A stretch of DNA of 64,000 bases, from assembly GCF_004010195.1 (NCBI RefSeq), contig NC_057748.1, positions 17,346,885-17,410,884 of the forward strand, in the 5' to 3' direction. Below are positions 13,064 through 27,157 of the stretch, piece after piece. The notes below the pieces were generated by a model. That model was not told where the DNA came from, searched no databases, and saw only the letters and a program-made list of their open reading frames with translations. Within the stretch, counting starts at the first letter, position 1, and every line of letters starts with the position of its first letter. The stretch comes from Chiloscyllium plagiosum (Eukaryota). A program made the translations under genes and the position numbers.

Positions 13064-13968
13064 CTCTCTTTAATTATGCCTTGATCCTGTTCTGTCTCTG
13101 TATGTTCTTTTTTCTCTTGTCGACTGTCATCCTATTTTCTTCATTGCACCCACCTTATGGGCTTACTTGGCTGAAATGAGCTCCGTTAGATAAACACCTA
13201 CTCCAATAACGTTCTCTTCTAGTATTTGCAATCTCTTGAATTCATTGCTTGTCTCAGTCTTTCTCTCAGAATATTTAAGCTTTTGAAACACAGTATTCCC
13301 ATATCCAGTGTTACCTAAACTTTTCTTTTTTCCTGTTGTGACTGTATGAGACTTGTGAATTTCAGTGTCTGCTCATTGTGAGCAGGGTGGTTAAGGAGCT
13401 GAAACTGTGGTGAGGGCAGCACTGGGACAGAAATCACAAACTTCTGCTTCTGGCCTCTGAACCAATCACTGTAGGCCCTAATGTAACCCACATCCATGGC
13501 TGGGCTTGGAGCAGGATGTGATGCTAGGGAGAGGGGACTTTGAGAATCCTACCTCTTCAGTGTTTTTGAAAAATTTGAAGCAGGACTCAAGTTCACGAAT
13601 GATCCATTAGGCCATATTCAGTTTTTATTTAAAACCAGGGCTTTAATGAGGCTCCTCAGCTGCGTGGCAACCGTTGTTGGCTTGGAGCTCCTGACCCCAC
13701 CAATCGCCGTAACCCACAGTTTGGGATGCTGTGCCCTCATTACTTGCCTCCTGATTTAAACCATCACTTTATCAATCTTTCTTTCTTCCTTAATCTCCTG
13801 CTTAGTGGTTATGGTCCTTTACCCAAGTTAGTCAGTGCAAAGTAATCCCTAATTTGGTGTTTGATCAGAGTTTGCAGTATCTGAGTTAAAATCCAGCCTG
13901 CTAATTTTTGATCATCCTCACCTGCTGTTCTGACACTCACCCATCTTCTTTTGTTCTTCTCAAAACAG

Positions 13969-13990
13969 GAAAACAACTTGATGGAATATG
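13969..13990 (+). CDS. DESI1: DESI1 exon 2, 22-nt micro-exon (GKQLDGIW)
   Basis: Pyrimidine tract + cag acceptor, gtgagt donor; frame continues from exon 1. Confidence 0.93.
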
Positions 13991-14114
13991 GTGAGTTAAT
14001 CTGTGAAATTTCAAAACTAGTCTTTCACTTCAGCAATCAAAGAGTTGTATATTTTTGCATTAAAATAATTCTTGCACGTGTGTCTATTTAAATGTGAATT
14101 TGCTCCTCCTTCAG

Positions 14115-14184
14115 GCACACTGCAATAGTTGTCAACGGAGAGGAGTTCTTCTATGGGTCGGGTGGAATAGCTAATTGTCAGCCA
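14115..14184 (+). CDS. DESI1: DESI1 exon 3 (HTAIVVNGEEFFYGSGGIANCQP; catalytic His)
   Basis: 70 nt, AG/GT boundaries, completes the GIWHT catalytic His motif. Confidence 0.95.
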
Positions 14185-15671
14185 GTGAGTATTTTCTTTC
14201 TACTTTCTGAATGTTTTATCCATCCATACTTGCCTCATCTTCAACTGATTTCATGTTTGTGCATCAACCCTCCTCTTAAAGGGGTAAATGAAGCTGAATA
14301 CTAGCCAATGTAGCAATTCATTTTCAAAAGAAATTCTCATACAATCTACAAGCACAATTGGGAAAACCTATCTCCAGAATGGAATTGATTCTTGCCTTTG
14401 AATACTGTGATCATCATGTTTTCTGGAAATCCATCAAATGTCATCTTTGGGAGCATGTGACTTAGTAGGTCATTGTCCCTCGAGCTGGCTCAGCCGTTAA
14501 GGTCACAGATCACAAATTTCACCTACCCCCATCTATCCAAATCTATCTATGCCTTAAAAGTATCCACGATACTCTATGCAGTAGAGAGTTTCAAGTCCCT
14601 CGAGGAGAAAATTCCCTATTTCCATCTTAAATGAGAGATCCCTAATTTTTAAAGTGTGTTCCCCAGTTCTTATCTGACCCACAAAGAGAAGCATCCTTTC
14701 AGTTCTATCCTGATAATTCCAATCAGGGTTTTCTTTGAATGGGGTCACTTCTCATTCTTGTAAACTTCAATGAGAATAGGCCCAGCCTATCCAACCTTTT
14801 TCCTACAAAGATTACCCTATCCCAGGTATCAGTTGACTGAATCTTTTTTAAACTCCTTCTAACATGACCTGCTTTACAAGAAACTAAGGACATGGCCTTC
14901 ACACCCTCTTCTGGAATCTTGCTTGGCTGGTTGATCAGCTGCATAGGGAAAGCTAAGACTTAATTCTGGATAGTCCTCAAACAGGTGTCTTAGTTTGTAA
15001 AAGTGGCCTAAAGTTCCCTAAACCCCACCAACACAAACCAAATATTCACAATAATGCTGTTCATGCTCTCATTAACCTATTATGATCAAACTGAAATGCT
15101 AGGCATCAACTCTGTCTTTATAGCAGCTGTGGTGTTAATGATCACGTTTAGGAACCCTAACAGCATTGTGTCTATTTGCATCTCAAGTATTGCTGTGGTT
15201 CAAGAAGGCGGCTCACCGTTACCTTTTCGGGCACTGTTGGGGATGAGCAATAAACATTGGTCAAGCCAGCATCTCCCAAATCCTGAGAGAACAAGAACAA
15301 AAAAGTCCCCATTCACTTTCTTCTCCCTGATCTAGGGATGCTGAGTTAATTTAGCTGTTTCACTCGCTACAGTATCAGGGGAGCTAATATTTTGGTGATG
15401 TTCGTTGTAATGTCATCACTTGCATTGCTACATTCCTTTTGACTTCCATTCCTGATGAATTAAAGTCCTGATACCAACAATGCTAGAAGTATACTTGTGT
15501 TGTGTAATCTTCCCTAAATTACTGATTTGAGTGACCTATGTGGGAAGGACAGGAAATTTGACACTCACAACAAATTTATGATAATGGAATGTATTTAACC
15601 CAGTATCTGTATGATATTGTGGCCATTTTCTTTATTATAATAGTCTTGTGTTTCCTCTTTCTGTTCCCAAG

Positions 15672-15781
15672 GGAGGGACTTTACTTGGGCCACCTGACTC
15701 TGTCATTGATCTGGGGACAACTGAAGTGACTGAGGAGTTAATTATGGAATATTTATCCTCTCTAGGAGAGTCAGCATTCAG
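15672..15781 (+). CDS. DESI1: DESI1 exon 4 ([37 protein letters not shown])
   Basis: 110 nt, aag acceptor, gttagt donor, close to the mammalian DESI1 sequence. Confidence 0.95.
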
Positions 15782-16965
15782 GTTAGTTCCTCTTTGCAGT
15801 CTGTGCTTTTGCAGTGGGCCAACTTAATGCGTTGCCTAGAACTGAATGGCCAGAACGCCCATGTCTTTGGGGTCACGAGCAGGCATAAACAATGGCTGCA
15901 CTTTCATCTGTATATTAAATCTAGCAACTGTGCACATATCTTGTCAGGTATTTGTGCTGTAAGGACGTTTGTTGTAGAAAGTAGTATGTAATTGCATCTG
16001 CTGCCAATGGAGGCAATGTTGTACCAAAGGATGGCAGATAACATTAGTGAAAAAGACAATTTGTTTGTAGCCGCTGCCTCGTGCTGTGGAGGTCGTTCTG
16101 CAAGCACCACTGTAATTAGTTCATCTGTTTACAGTTTGTGTTTGAAGGGTATAGTGGGTGTGCGCTCTTCGGGCAAACTGAAGTTGTAACCTCTTGGGTT
16201 TGCTTAGTAGTAAACATTTGAGGCCTAGTTTCTCCTTATTACGATTGCAGTAATGTCTACTACATATGTGTCATGTTTTTAGTTCTATGTTGCATTTTAC
16301 TAGCATTCCAGTGAGGTCAAAGTGGAAATTTGTTTCTTCATCCTCTGATTTTTTTTTATCCAGATAAATTTTATCTACTGTATTGCCATTGTTTGTTGTC
16401 CTCTCAAAATATGTCACTTTTGTAATTTCTCCACATTGAGCTTCATGCCGTGTGTCTGCCTATTTCATCCAGAAATCAAAGCCATTTGGATTTGGATGTT
16501 GAGCGAAGGATGAATATTGGTGTGCTGTTCAAACAGTGCTGAGACAGCAGAGAAAGTCCTTGATTTAAAATGCCCACTCAATATCGTACTGCATATTTAT
16601 GTTAACCAATTATCTGATTTTATTCAATACACTGAGATTTCATCGACTTTTCATTAATATCTGGATGCATGCATTGATGCAATAAGAGGTGTGGAGTAAT
16701 TGCAAAACTATTTATTTAATGCAGTAAGCATTGATCAGGGTAAATATTCTCTCCTCCCTGAATCCACAGTGAAGGATGAGGGCTAGGATTGCACTGACTG
16801 GGAGTGTGATGGAGACAGAATCAATTGTGGCTTTAAGGGGAGGAATGTACACAACAATGACAAAGGGTTTTGAAGGGGACACGTGCAGGGACAACTGCTG
16901 AATGGTATTCCTTATTGTAGTGGTTGTGATTCTGTGACACCTCTCACTTTATCATTTTGTTGCAG

Positions 16966-17088
16966 GGGAGAGTGCTACAAATTGTTTGAACATAATTGCA
17001 ATACATTCAGTAACGAAGTTTCCCAATTCCTCACTGGGAAGAAGATTCCGTCGTATATCACTGACCTGCCTTCTGAGGTTTTATCAAC
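16966..17088 (+). CDS. DESI1: DESI1 exon 5 ([41 protein letters not shown]; catalytic Cys)
   Basis: 123 nt, HNCNTFS catalytic motif, AG/GT boundaries. Confidence 0.96.
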
Positions 17089-17229
17089 GTGAGTACATTT
17101 CCCACTGAGGTGTTAATCACTCTGCATACTTCGAAGGCATTGACCCATGTTGGGCTACTGCAAGAGTCTCTGCAGCATGACTACAAAGACCACAGTTCAT
17201 AGCCTTGACTTGTGATCTCTGCCCTTAAT

Positions 17230-17530
17230 GGCGGCACGGTGGCTGAATGGTTAGCACTGCTGCCTCACAGCACCAGGGTCTCAGGTTCGATTCCAGCCTC
17301 GGGTGACTGTCTGTGTGGAGTTTGCACATTCTCCCCGTGTCTGCGTGGGTTTGCTCCGGTTTCCTCCCACAGTGGGTAGGTCAGGTGAATTGGCCATGCT
17401 AAATTGCCCATAGTGCTAGGTGCATTAGTCAGAGGGAAATAGGTCTGGGTGGGTTACTCTTCGGAGGGTCAGTGTGGACTGGTTGGGCCAAAGGGCCTGT
17501 TTCCACACTGTAGGTAATCTAATCTAATCT
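17230..17530 (+). mobile_element. HE1/V-SINE-type SINE in DESI1 intron 5
   Basis: ggcggcacggtggctgaatggttagcactgctgcctcacag head through taatctaatctaatct tail. Confidence 0.88.
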
Positions 17531-18045
17531 TAATTTCTTTGGCCTTCATGGTCTAGGGAGGAACTGCCAGCCAGATTCCCAGGTGATTCCTGCTAGAAAG
17601 TATATGTACTAATCTCCTCCTGTAGGGAAGGAAATCCCATCTGGAAATCACACCGAGATGTGATTCCATACCCACAGCAGTGTGGCTGCCTCTTAACTGC
17701 CCTCTGAAATTGAAAGCCATGAATTCAAGGGCAATAAGGTTGGGTAGCAAATATAGTAAGATTCACATTCCATGAAATATTAAAAGGAGAAAAGCATCAT
17801 GGCAGAGTAGGAGCAGTTTTCCTTGGCGATCCCTCAGTTGAGTAACCCAGCAGCATCTGCTGCACTCACATTTAGCGATGGAGCCAGGGAATCGTTGGTG
17901 TTCACGGAATCCAATACCAGCAGAGGACAGGTTTCTTTGTAAGGAGGGGAAGGGCAAAAATGGAAAAAGAGACCTTTTTTTAAGAAAAGTGATATTTTTT
18001 TCTGTAATGACTAACATCTTTGTTCCTGTTTTATTTTTCCATCAG

Positions 18046-18136
18046 CCCTTTTGGCCAACTCATTAAGCCCATCCTGGACTCGGTTCAGATTCAGCCAGTG
18101 GGAGGAAGCAGCTTCAATGATCAGAATCCGAGTTAG
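18046..18136 (+). CDS. DESI1: DESI1 exon 6, coding part (PFGQLIKPILDSVQIQPVGGSSFNDQNPS*)
   Basis: Acceptor ttttccatcag; TAG at 18134-18136 followed by a second TAG. The six exons total 501 nt = 166 aa + stop. Confidence 0.94.
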
Positions 18137-21100
18137 TAGCTGCAGTCCAGAGAGCTGCTGACTGCAGGGACGTGTACAGTCACTGGCCTCACAGAACTAT
18201 ACAATGATTTTCCAAAAAACAAATCCCCTTCAAGCATCTTTCATCTCATATCTGACTTAACGTAGAACGTTAAAAAGTGGTAGAAATGCTTTTTTAAAAT
18301 CCATTTGAAACATGCATCTAATACAGATTGCACTGTAGAATTCAGTGCTTCTATCAGGTTGTTGTCAGCTCCCTTTTGTCAACTGTCTTTGAATAAGCTG
18401 TAGCAAGCAGCAGTCATGAGAGATTGATTCCTTGCTTCTTTCACAATGTATTTAGCCAGCCAGTACCCCTCCCACCCCCCCACCCTCCTCCTCCTCTTCT
18501 GAAAGAGGCCACCAGCATGGAGACCTTAAAGGTGTTTCCGTCATTGTTATGCCAACATCATTGCCAATGCATTGACCAATTCAAGGGGTAGTGTTTGCAG
18601 TGTTGTCAGGGTTTGTTTAGGGATAGCTATGTTGTATGTGGGAAGGAAAGATATACTTGAGTCACCTTGCTTTTCATATCATGCCATGGTCTGATGTGTG
18701 CACTTCAAATTGCTGCCTGCCCTAACCCAACTTCAGAATCCTCCCACATTCGGGAGGAGAGGATCTCGCCTGTTTTCACAGTCCAGTTCAACATGGTGGG
18801 AGGATTTCCCCTTGCTCAGCCTCCCATTCTGCTTCGGCTGACACCAGCTTCCACGTCCCTTTTCTTTCTGGCACTTGGCACTCAGCTGTGGCTTTAAGTG
18901 TCAATGAACCTTCTAGGGGCTGCACTCCGTTAGTAGCGTACTTCCCCAGGAGTATCGTGTATCTATCAGCACTCGGCTGCAATTGAAAGAGATGTTGGTT
19001 CGTTTTTTTTTCTTTCACCTGATCAAATCAGTAGATTAAACTTGAGCTGAAATCATGAGAGTCCCAGTTTCAGATTACTTCAGTCCACTTTGTTTCTTGC
19101 TGTAAATAGTTGCTCTGTCCATCCCCTTGCCCAGTATATGATACTGGGCAATGACTTCACAGGGGCAGCTGGTCACATATGGAATGGTGAGTGCAGACAG
19201 CTTGTTGGACTTCAGAGCCCTTGCTCCCAGACATGACACAATTCTTGCCATGTATCCCTATGTACGTATTTCTCCCCACAGCTACAGGCCAGCAGTCAGA
19301 AACATGAATCCTGGGTGGTGTACATACTCTGTCTCCCCTAATCCATGAGGTTGCACCTCTGCTTTTTTCACACCCATTCCATTTGTGACCAACTAATTCA
19401 CAACTTGGGGAATAAACCAGCTGTTTTCTGTACAGCTCAGTATTGGCCATCCCTGCTTTAATGTTTTAGACCAGGGGCTGCCCCAATGCCAATGGACAGA
19501 ACAGCCAGCTGCAAGGGTTCAAACTCCTCCAGCCTCTAGTTATCCCAGTGGTATGGATTATTACACCACAACCTCATCTAGTGCAGGATTGTCTAATATG
19601 TTGGCCAAAAAAGTGATCATTTGGCATTATTAGGTGTGGCCTCTATTCACAAGAGTTTGCAACGTAAATTCGAAAACTTTAACCTTTTTATCCAATTAAT
19701 TCTCATGGAGTGCAAGTGTTTTGGTTTGATTGTACTTCACTTTTTTGGTTCCTGAATGATGGCAGATGTTTGTTAAACAAGCCTATTGTGTGAGGTGTAT
19801 GTGAGGCTTCTTGTTCTAGCTGTAGCCAAACATGGCCAAAATGGTGTTGCTGTTGCCACTCCCTGTGTAATTAGGCAGCCTGACACAGGTAGTGGATAAT
19901 GCTGGATGCTCTCTTCCTTTCTCATGCTCTCAGTACATCAGTTTATTTATTGTTGCTCAGTAATGCCATGGTATTGCAATGGTGTGGGTTGGACAGGCAC
20001 CAAAAACACACTCAACTGAGAACATGATCCTGCAATCCTACTCATCTCCTTCCATTTCTTAACAATACACGTTCAGTTTCCCAGAATCAGGCAGGACTTT
20101 TTAATATTTCCAGCTACTGACAGTCGAGTCCACCCCAGTGGCCCAGCAGACTATGCTGCCTTGGGTTCTGGCAGTGAGTTTGCCATATTTGTAAATTTGT
20201 TAATATAGCAATCAGTTTGAACAAGTCAGCTACAAAATTCTCAAGTGCAGGGCAGGGTTTGAAAACTTATTATTGGTATGATATAAAAAGCTTTCCTGTA
20301 TTGGTGTAATTTTGTGGAAATTGGGAGCATGGTCTTGAACCCTTAATTGAGTAACTTCACCCAGTTGGATGCCATTTGCCATGGAAAATCATGTGCAGAG
20401 TATGAACCCCCAGCCCTTCAGCAGAACTATCTCAATGAGCCTAAACTTCAGTGAAATCTCAATGCAGCTTGGTTTAATAAAGTCTAATTATACTCATTAG
20501 CATTGTTTGGAAGTAAAGTTCTATAATTCTGTCTCAATTGAGCTGAAGGATTGGGAATTCAAATTGAGTTTAATATTAGAGATTTTCCGACTTGAAATGT
20601 TTTCTCTTTGTAACTTTGCTGTTGAGGGGTCAGGGACTGATCTAACTGCAAGCAGTGAAGCCAATTGTCAGCAGTTGGCATGGAATACGCAAACAAAAAT
20701 AATTGAGTGCAGTGCTGCAGTCTCTTGGTGACTTTTTCTGTCTTTTACCATGGCAACTGCAATCTTCAGAGCAAATCCAACTGCCCTGTTTTAATTTCCT
20801 GCCTCTGCAGGTTTGGCTGCTTGAGATGAGAACTTGCACAGTGATTTCTTTGGCGTTGTTCAACATCGTACAGTTCTGCCATTGTCTGAGTAGCATTAGG
20901 TGGTTTGGGTGTGGGGGGAGACACCAGAGGTTTTGAAAGTGGTTTTCATTTTTTGGGATGGGTGTGTCACTGGCAAGACCAGCATTTCATAGCCCTAATT
21001 GCACCAAAGCTGCCACCTTGTTCTGTTGTGGTCCATCAGTATCTGCTGCAGTTGGTTACAATTGGGTATTTGCTAGGCTATTTCAGAGGGCATTGAAGAC

Positions 21101-24100
21101 TTACCCATATTACTATTGGTCCACAATTGTACGACAGTCTGGTCAAGTAAGGACAACAGGCTTCCTTCCTATCTCATGCAGCAGGTAGATTTTTACGACA
21201 GTTGATAATTTCATGACCATGTTATGGAAACTGTTTTTAAATTATAGGTTTATTAATTGAATGCAACTTTTACCAGCCGCTGTTGGGATTTAAACCATTT
21301 TCCACAGAACATTAGGCCAATCCTCTGAATTACTTGTCCTGTGAATTTACCAGACTCATACAGCATGGAAACAGACCCTTCGGTCCAGCTAGTACATGCC
21401 GATCATGTTCCCAAACTAACTTCTCCTGAATTGTAACGCCCTGCTAATTATGTGCATATTGTTGAATTTCTTGATTTGAACATTTATTCCTTAATGTTTT
21501 ATTTGTTAGATCTTGAGTTTATTAATCCTTTTCTCTCCAGGTGTCAGTGCCACCAAGCATCACAGTTTGCCCATGCGTGACCGTCTCCCTGCCATTCCTC
21601 CCGTTCCTCCTTCGTATTTGCAAAGCAGATGAATTGGGCTGTTGAGGTTTTGCAGCTGAAGCCTCTGAGTCCATTGAGTTTTATTTTTCAGGTGGTTGCT
21701 TGCAATCTGTCAGCCTAGGTTTGAGTTTCATTATCAGCAGCTTCCTCAGTTGATGTTCTATCTTGACACTTCCCATGGAGCAGTGGGCAGATTCACAGGC
21801 TGATTAACGTGCTGTGGCGTAAGCACTCATTTCAAGGCCATAACCATCTTCACACCACTGAATTCCCACAGTGTGAGCAATGAGTGTGGGGTGGGGTCGA
21901 GCGAGAGAGAGAGAAAGCATCATTGAACTGCAGATCCACTGAAGCCTGTGCAATGTTCCCCACTCATCAGATATGTCTGGAGTAGGGTTTGAACCCTAAA
22001 CTTTATGACTCATGTGGGGTATTATTGTTAATGACTCCTTGAGGTGTACCAGAGCAATTGAGGAGGAATCCCAGTTTTGATCCCCTAACCTGTTTTTTTT
22101 TAATATATGCCCACAGTTGTTGTAGTTCTCCTTGTCCTTAAGCTGTGACTGAGGGACAATAACCAGCCAGGATTTACATTCTGAATTGTTGCGGTGTTTG
22201 TGTTTTGGGCATTAATCAGATTAAGCTGTACTGTATTGCTGCCTTGCGCCTCCAGCTCGGTAGTTTGTCAGCAGTGTCTGGCGCAATAAGGCTCAGCTGT
22301 CCTGGGTGACATGCAGATTGTGATGGGTGTCAGGAGCAGTCTGTTGCAGCGTGAGCTGGGACCTTAAGGAAAGACCTGAGAATTATCAAAGTGTGTTTGG
22401 CCCCTGCAGAACCAAAGGTGCTGCAGTAGTTGGTGGTGGTAGTTTTGGGGGGAGGGGAGGGGAGAGGAGAAATCAGAACTGACCTTAGGCTCCCAATTAG
22501 AAACTGTTACTGTTCTTCAGTTTTTTCTTTAGTTCACTGCAGGTCCTGCTCAGAAATGACTTGTCTTCCAGCAGAAGCATTGGCAAAAAAAACCCTCCAG
22601 AATGTCATCAGGACACCGTTTCCTCCTGTTAATGGAAAGTTATTTTGCTTTTTAAAAAGAAATTCGTTATTCAAGTGATCAGACGTTCAGTGTTGTTAAC
22701 GTCCAAGTACAAATTCAATGCTGAAAAACAACTTGTGATCAGATCATTCAAATTACTAACTTCAAATTAACAGTGGATTTAAGACCAGATATCAGCCTGT
22801 ATGGACATGGGTCTTATGTATTTGAATGTATTATTGTTTATCTTAGATATCTGTTTACAATATTTAAATATTGATGGATTTTAATGGATATGTAAATCAG
22901 GGAATTGTATTTTACCAACCTCTTCAATAATGGTTTATAAACGTAAGGCAAAAGAAGCATTGACTGGCACAGGATCCTAGTGCACATTCAAAACTCCTTG
23001 CCCATTTAAGCATCTGCCACATCACAGTTCAATTTATATGAAAACATGTCTTGTGTTTGTGCTTATTAATGTCAAAGTTTTTGTCTATTTAATATATGAA
23101 ATGTTTTACTTTGAAAAACTTTGCTTTTATTTAACTGATGATTCGTAAGGGTCCAGTTGCTCCAGCTTATTGCATGGTTGTTTTGTCTCTTTCTGTCTCT
23201 GTTGCTGTTAATTATATTGATGCTCAGCCAAGTTATTGGATGTAGCACCTCTCTTGAGCTTGCAGTGGTAATGTGCATGTTGCTAAATTGCATGGTTGCT
23301 TGTCACCGATTTCTTGCCATGATGGTTTAATTGTTAACTTTAAGGGGAGTGATCTTGCCATTGCATTACCTTGTTTGGAATGATTGGAAGGTTGCAAGCA
23401 TTGCCCACCTTGTTCTGATTCGAGGTACCATCTCTCAGCTGGTCATGAAGTGGCATGAGCAGGCATGTCACCCACATTTATTTTGGGAGGTTTGAAATGT
23501 TTATAGTCATGGAGTTGAAGACTTGACATCTGGCTTGGCGAATGGGAAATGTACCTCAACAAATGCAGTTGTGCACATCATAGTTAGGATGCCATCTTCA
23601 GCCTGCCTTCAGGTGGCTAGCAACAGCTTGTTCCTAATTTTGCATTTGCATTTATATTCCATAAAGCTATTGCCACAACCTCCTGTACTCTTGCTGTGCA
23701 CTAAGTGGGAAGTGTATTGAGTTGGTGAGTAACCACAGATTCTTTCCTGAGTTTTATTGTTTTACGTTTCCTCCATGGAATACACCTAATCCTTGCCTGC
23801 AGGTCAGGGTAGCACATTCGCAGCGAGGGACGGTTTGTCCTTTCCCTGGTCTTTTTAAGTGGTCCCAGTTTTTGCAGTTCTAATTGCTCCCACTAGAGGT
23901 TGCTGTAATGTCACTTCCAGCAACAATTGGTTCAGTGTGTAGACAACTCACTTGGAGGTTCTCCTGCCGTGGAACTTTGGTAGAGCACAATATGGAGCCC
24001 TGAGCTTTCCTGGCATAAAATGAGAACTGAGTTGGCACATACAAGTTCCTGAGCAGTTATGTTTGCCCGTCATTAAATCATTGGTCAAAACTTAGTTTTT

Positions 24101-25240
24101 TTTTAAAAAAACAAAAAAAATTGGTGCAAGAGAAAAATAAAAGAATACAGTTTTCCCCAGCACATTGGACTAAATCTACTGTGAAAACATGAACGTCTAT
24201 AGATGTGTCTGAAATATTAGTTAATAACCAATAAATAGGCAGCATTTTGGAGGTGGTTTTCTTCAACTGTCATCCTGTAATTACATTTTATTTGTGCTAA
24301 CATAGGAAATGAACACAATATTGGAATCAAATAAAAATTAGTGGGTGGTGATTGAATCATCAGCTAATCTCCAACAGTGCTTTTACATGTCCATGATTTC
24401 AGAAGAGTACCCATGCAGTAGACTACAGGATACCTGTTGATGTTCCCATGCATTTTTTAAAATGTTTAAATGATGTTTTAAATTTGCCATTCCTGTTCTT
24501 GATTCCCAACCCGTTTGGACCCAGCACCTGTGTGGTATCGCACTCCATTTGAGTTCATTTTGTAGTCATGTTTTCTGTCTAACTGAAGGGGATGTACAGA
24601 GGGAGGTACTTGGATTAATTGCCATTAGCCTGCATCTAATGGAAGGCCTCTATCCAATCCATCTATGAAGCAAGTAGTTTCAAAGCACAATTGAAGTTTG
24701 GGACTGTGGTCCTTTTGCAGGAACTGCCCAGTTTATCCATTTTCCTTACAGACAGAAGAGTGCAGGTAACTTACCTGTTATCTACATCCAATAGCACAAA
24801 TGGCACCCATCAGTCTTAGAGACCAGTTGCTGGGAGTCATCCTGACTGAACTTTGCTTTGTTGCCTTGCTTTGAGTGATCAGACCCCCTTCTGTCTTGAC
24901 ATGTTTGAGTTTTTAAGCTATGTGCATTCCATGTACCCTGAGAAGCAATCTGGTCCTGCTTTTCCAAGGCATTCTAAATGTTTTGCACAGTGTTTCTGTA
25001 ATAGTACAAACCATTTGCCAATTTGTCCCTTATGACCGGGCACATTTTAAACGAGTTGATTTTGTAAATTGTTTTGCTTTATTTAAAGTTAAATTGCACA
25101 AGATGCAATTGCTGCTGGCTCTTATTTTCGTTGATGAGAAAAGTTTTTAAAATGTTGCACAGCAAATGTTTCTGCAAGTTGTTTCATACATGTGTGTAGG
25201 TTCCATTTCAAATGCCAATAAAGATTTTTTTTAAACTTTC
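18137..25240 (+). other. DESI1: Probable long 3'UTR of DESI1, distal poly(A) signal AATAAA at 25217-25222
   Basis: ~7 kb nearly free of young SINE/LINE copies, U-rich toward the end; proximal AATAAA at 19411, 20476 and ~24135-24335. The extent is inferred. Confidence 0.55.
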
Positions 25241-25947
25241 AGTCTAATCTTTATGTTCTGTGAGACATTGGCCTGCTATTTAGTTAGTTAGTGCACTGCT
25301 GTATGTAGCAGGGTATGTATTTTCTGCAAACTTCCAGAAGACATTGAATCATGATCCACATAAGAGACTGTTTAACTAAGATTCAAACTTACGGAACTGA
25401 ACACTGTAAGTTGGGTCAACCGAGAGAAAGGGTAAGTCATGAGTGCACACTCTTTGGACTAAAGCTACTGGTGGTGATTCAAATGAACCTGTATCCAGGG
25501 CCTCAACTCTTCATAGCATCTTATTAATGGCTCAAAGTACAAATGTGAATTTTCTGACTAAATTCAGATTGGTAGTGGAGGCTGGGTTGTTGCTGTGTGA
25601 AATTGCACAATGTTGGTGGATTGAAATCCAACCATTGCACATTTTCAATGTGGGAACAGGTCCGTTTCAGTTTTGGCCCAGCCTTCAAAAGATGAAAAGC
25701 TAGAAACAATGACCCAGAGAGATTTAGGGATTCGACTCCAAAGATCACCAAAATGCAAGAACTGCAAAACCTGTTCACAACTGTTACTGGTGATGCTGAA
25801 ATGCCGGTGTTAGACTGGGGTGGACAAAATCAGGTTACAGTCTGACAGGTTGGTTTGAAATCGCCAGCTTTCAAAGCACTGCTCTTTCTTCAGGTGAAAT
25901 GGGGACTTCACCTAGTGAAGGAGTAGCACTCGGAAAGCTTGCAATAT

Positions 25948-26250
25948 GGGCGGTACAGTGGTTAGCACTGCTGCCTCACAGCGTCAGATACCCGGGTTCA
26001 ATTCCAGCCTCAGGCGACTGACTGTGTGTAGTCTCCCCGTGTCTGCGTGGATTTCCTCCGGGTGCTCTGGTTTCCTCCCACAATCAAAAATGTGTAGGTT
26101 AGGTGAATTGGCCATGCTAAATTTCCCGTAGTGTTAGGTGAAGGGGTAAATGTAGGGGAATGGGTCTGGGTGGGTTGCGCTTCAGTGGGTCGGTGTGGAC
26201 TTGTTGGGCCGAAGGGCCTGTTTTCACGCTAAGTAATCTAATCAAAAAAA
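25948..26250 (+). mobile_element. HE1/V-SINE-type SINE inserted into a family-B element
   Basis: SINE consensus; family-B sequence continues on both sides (25795-25945 and 26252-26295). Confidence 0.85.
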
Positions 26251-27157
26251 ATTCAGATAAACCAGTTGGACTATAACATGGTGTTGTGTGACTTCTGCCA
26301 ATTGTTAGTGGAACTTTGGCCTTTATAGCTAAGGGACTGATATATCCACAAGGAGGTATTTTTGCAGCTGCACAAAAACCTTGTGTTACTGCCACCAATT
26401 TGGTCCACACCAGCCAACCAGCCTGCCTGAGGAGTCCGAGTTACTAAACCAATTTACACTTTGACCTGTATGTTATGGATAGTGAGGGTTGAAGTTCCAG
26501 GCCATCATGTAGCTGACCAAGAATCTCTCTCACTCTAACCAGCTGCCATTAGTATGTCTAGATGACTCCTCTTCAGAGTTCTGATGAACAGTCATCTCGA
26601 CTTAAAGTTATCTTCACTCTCTACAGCCGCTGTGGTTTCCAGCATTTTTTATTTGTTTTCAGTACAGACTCGAGTATCTGCGGTGATTTGTCCCTGCCAT
26701 CAGTGTGTGTGTGTGTGTTGGGAGATCTGCAGGATGATAATATGTACATTTGGTATCTTATCCAGTTAGCTGGGGGTGGGGTTCAAATCTGAAACCTGTG
26801 TCTCAGGGACTGAAATGCCCCCTCCCAACTTGCTTTAAAAATATATGGATTTTTAAAATAGAGATTTTAGTTCAAGGGCCAATAATATTGAATGCTCCTC
26901 GTACCTGGAAAGAGGGGAAGGAAGTCTCCCAAAAACAAATTGTGCTAATTTTATTTGCTGGCTGCGATGAGTCATTGGGTTTGTGTAACTTGCCTGACCG
27001 TTGACTCTCGGGTGTGATGGAGAGAGAAACCACACAGCTCCCTCCCCTTCTGTTCCTCTGGCATGTGATCGCTGTCGTCAGTTCGAGGAGGGTGTCAGTT
27101 TCAGAATGCGGTGATCCCCGCGGATCCTGATGTGGTAGAGGGAAGGAGAGGAGGTTC

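Noticed and set aside
17230-17305. tRNA-like sequence with A and B boxes (many copies)
   Set aside because: It is the head of the HE1-type SINE and is followed by the SINE body and tail; not a tRNA gene.
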